A model generated the notes under the pieces. The model did no database searches. It worked only from the letters and a program-made list of their open reading frames with translations, and was not told the origin of the DNA. A DNA stretch of 63,971 bases, counting the filler, from Acidimicrobiia bacterium (lineage in GTDB: Bacteria > Actinomycetota > Acidimicrobiia > Spongiisociales > CAZKJJ01), in assembly GCA_046759765.1 (NCBI GenBank). It is 3 parts of 3 records of this genome, joined end to end, with 100 filler letters (N's around TTAATTAATTAA, not from the genome) between each part and the next. Parts side by side here need not be neighbours in the genome. Positions count along the whole stretch, not along the records: positions 58,521 to 63,971 come from JBHICV010000154.1; 2 more parts are not named here. One strand, given 5' to 3'. Below are positions 62,352 through 63,971 of this stretch, piece by piece (positions within the stretch are counted from its first letter, which is position 1; each line of letters starts with the position of its first letter). A program made the translations under genes and the position numbers.

Positions 62352-62548
62352 CCTCCTTCTCTGACTGGTCTTACTTTCGACGCAGGCTTCGATTGGCCGC
62401 GATCTTCCTGAGTCGGCCCAAGTCGGTCCTTGTACTTGGCGGGGACCTGAGGTTCGCGATCTTCATGACCCCGAAGATGAGGCTGACGTTTCAGAGTCGC
62501 AGTGAGAAATCGCATCATCCAGAGCTACCTCTCAGCCGACCATCATAG

Positions 62549-62567
62549 ATAGTCGATAATCGACGAT
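62549..62567. promoter_or_regulatory. Putative GntR operator
   Basis: Palindrome ATAGTCGAT-A-ATCGACGAT in the AT-rich promoter region of the GntR-containing operon. Confidence 0.6.
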
Positions 62568-62624
62568 ACGTAGGTGTTCACTCCCGCGTCAACTCGGAAA
62601 ACAGACGGAACGATGGCGACCGGC

Positions 62625-63716
62625 TCAGGAGGCGAGCAGGGTCTCCGCGACGGCACTCCCGACCTCTGCGGTGGTGCTCGTTCCTCCGATATCTCTCGTC
62701 CGGGCTTCTCCAGCGGCAAGGGTTGCGGCAACCGCCTGCTCGACTCCCGCCGCAGCCTCCACCTCTCCCAGGTGCTCGAGCATCATCCGGGTCGCCTCGA
62801 TCGAAGCGATCGGGTTCACCCGGCTCTGGCCGGCGTACTTCGGCGCCGAGCCATGGATGGGCTCGAACATCGACGGAAACACTCGCTCGGGGTTTATGTT
62901 GCCGCCGGCGGCGAAGCCCATCCCGCCCTGCAACATCGCCCCGAGGTCCGTGATGATGTCGCCGAAGAGGTTCGAGGCCACGACGACGTCGAAGTAGTCC
63001 GGGTTCTTCACGAACCACATCGTGAGGGCGTCGACGAGAGCAACATCTGTCTCAACTTCGGGGTAATCCGCGGCGACCCTGTCGAACACGGCATCCCAGA
63101 AGACCATCGAGTAGTTCAGGGCATTCGACTTCGTGCAGTTGGTGACCCGTCCTACGACCTCGCCGGTGCCGAGCTTGGCGCGGGCCCGGGCCAGGTCGAA
63201 GGCGAACCGCATCACCCGCTCGCACCCCTTACGGGTGAACACCCCGGTCTGCAGGGCGAACGCGTCTGTCGTGCCCTCCTTGAAGATCCCCCCAAGGCCC
63301 GAGTACTCACCCTCGGTGTTCTCCCGAACGACGAGGATGTCGAGCGTCTCTGGGGTCGCCGTCGTCACCGGCGTCGGAACACCGGGATACAGCTTGATGG
63401 GCCGGATGTTGGCGTACTGGTCGAAGCCCTGCCGGATCCGGAGCAGCATCTGCAGCGAGATGTGGTCCGGGACCTTGGCCGCATCACCGATGCAGCCGAG
63501 GAAGATCGCGTCGTAAGGACGCAGCGTGTCGAGCGCGTCGTCGGGCATCATCTCTCCGCGCTTGAGATAGCGGTCGCAACTCCAGTCGAAGGCGTCAAAT
63601 TCGACGCCGAATCCGTACTTGGCCGCCGCGGCGTCGGCGATTCGCGTTGCTTCCGCGGCGACCTCTGGTCCCACCCCGTCGCCGGGGATCATGGCGACTC
63701 GATACTCGTTCATCAC
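62625..63716 (-). CDS. Tartrate/D-malate/isopropylmalate dehydrogenase family protein
   Basis: PGDGVGPEV, RQGFDQYANIRP, RENTEGEY, TKSN, NLFGDI and FEPIHGSAP motifs. Confidence 0.92.
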   Translation of the reverse strand: MMNEYRVAMIPGDGVGPEVAAEATRIADAAAAKYGFGVEFDAFDWSCDRYLKRGEMMPDDALDTLRPYDAIFLGCIGDAAKVPDHISLQMLLRIRQGFDQYANIRPIKLYPGVPTPVTTATPETLDILVVRENTEGEYSGLGGIFKEGTTDAFALQTGVFTRKGCERVMRFAFDLARARAKLGTGEVVGRVTNCTKSNALNYSMVFWDAVFDRVAADYPEVETDVALVDALTMWFVKNPDYFDVVVASNLFGDIITDLGAMLQGGMGFAAGGNINPERVFPSMFEPIHGSAPKYAGQSRVNPIASIEATRMMLEHLGEVEAAAGVEQAVAATLAAGEARTRDIGGTSTTAEVGSAVAETLLAS

Positions 63717-63935
63717 TCGTTCTTCGTCCTGCGGATCCGCCAGCGAGGCGGCCCCGCGTCGACACTACCCACCACAGTGGGTGCGTCGATCCAGCGTCAT
63801 AGGTGCTGCTACAGCGTCGTCGGCGTTCATGGGCAGGTCCCCAGGATGTCAGCCGGGTGAGCCCCTCCACAACTTCGACCTGCCGATGGTCACGCTGCGA
63901 TAATCGATTCCGGTCCCCGGCAGCGAGGAGAGGGC

Positions 63936-63971
63936 GTGAGCCAGCTGGACATCTACGGCCTCGACGGCCTC
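63936..63971 (+). CDS. Start of a gene truncated by the window end; N-terminus loosely resembles CofE
   Basis: GAGGAG RBS, then GTG and SQLDIYGLDGL; only 12 codons are visible. Confidence 0.35.
   Translation, partial: MSQLDIYGLDGL

Noticed and set aside
62574..63860. Long antisense ORFs (428 aa here; also 57228-58472, 32859-33914, 21128-22030, 44357-45289)
   Set aside because: They are shadow frames of well-supported genes in GC-rich DNA and have no recognisable motifs.
1..63971. Genome-wide reassignment of TAG (or TGA) to a sense codon
   Set aside because: About a third of the genes end at TAG at family-typical C-termini (purM, suhB, mmsA, add), and TGA is the commonest stop.

Overview
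This window is GC-rich bacterial DNA. Gene content points to Actinomycetota, probably Acidimicrobiia (F420-dependent enzymes, polyphosphate glucokinase, CsoR, many apparently leaderless genes); the taxon is an inference. It consists of three contigs joined by artificial 100-nt N/TTAATTAATTAA linkers (29196-29295, 58421-58520), so adjacency across those gaps has no biological meaning. Contig 1 carries purC-S-Q-L-F-M, a class III aminotransferase, a carbamate kinase with an in-frame TAG, lnt, suhB, an amidohydrolase, an M3 peptidase, csoR-copZ-copA, ltrA and a cytosine/pyrimidine catabolic cluster. It also has two selenoprotein genes that the ORF track truncates (an Rdx/SelW protein with CxxU and an AhpC/TSA-like protein with UxxC, each with a SECIS-like hairpin whose loop starts 20 nt after the UGA), four copies of a REP-like palindrome and several sRNA-like two-hairpin elements. 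Contig 2 carries ppgK, gnd, an M1 aminopeptidase, F420 enzymes, a divergent KARI operon, an orphan type IV pilin, ABC transporters, add, SRPBCC proteins, a frameshifted TIR-TM-ectodomain gene, GrpB and a partial cyclase. Contig 3 carries a GntR-associated operon for a split, phenylphosphate-synthase-like dikinase whose large subunit also has an in-frame TAG, next to a tartrate/isopropylmalate-family dehydrogenase. I saw no CRISPR array, rRNA, tRNA, transposase or phage gene.
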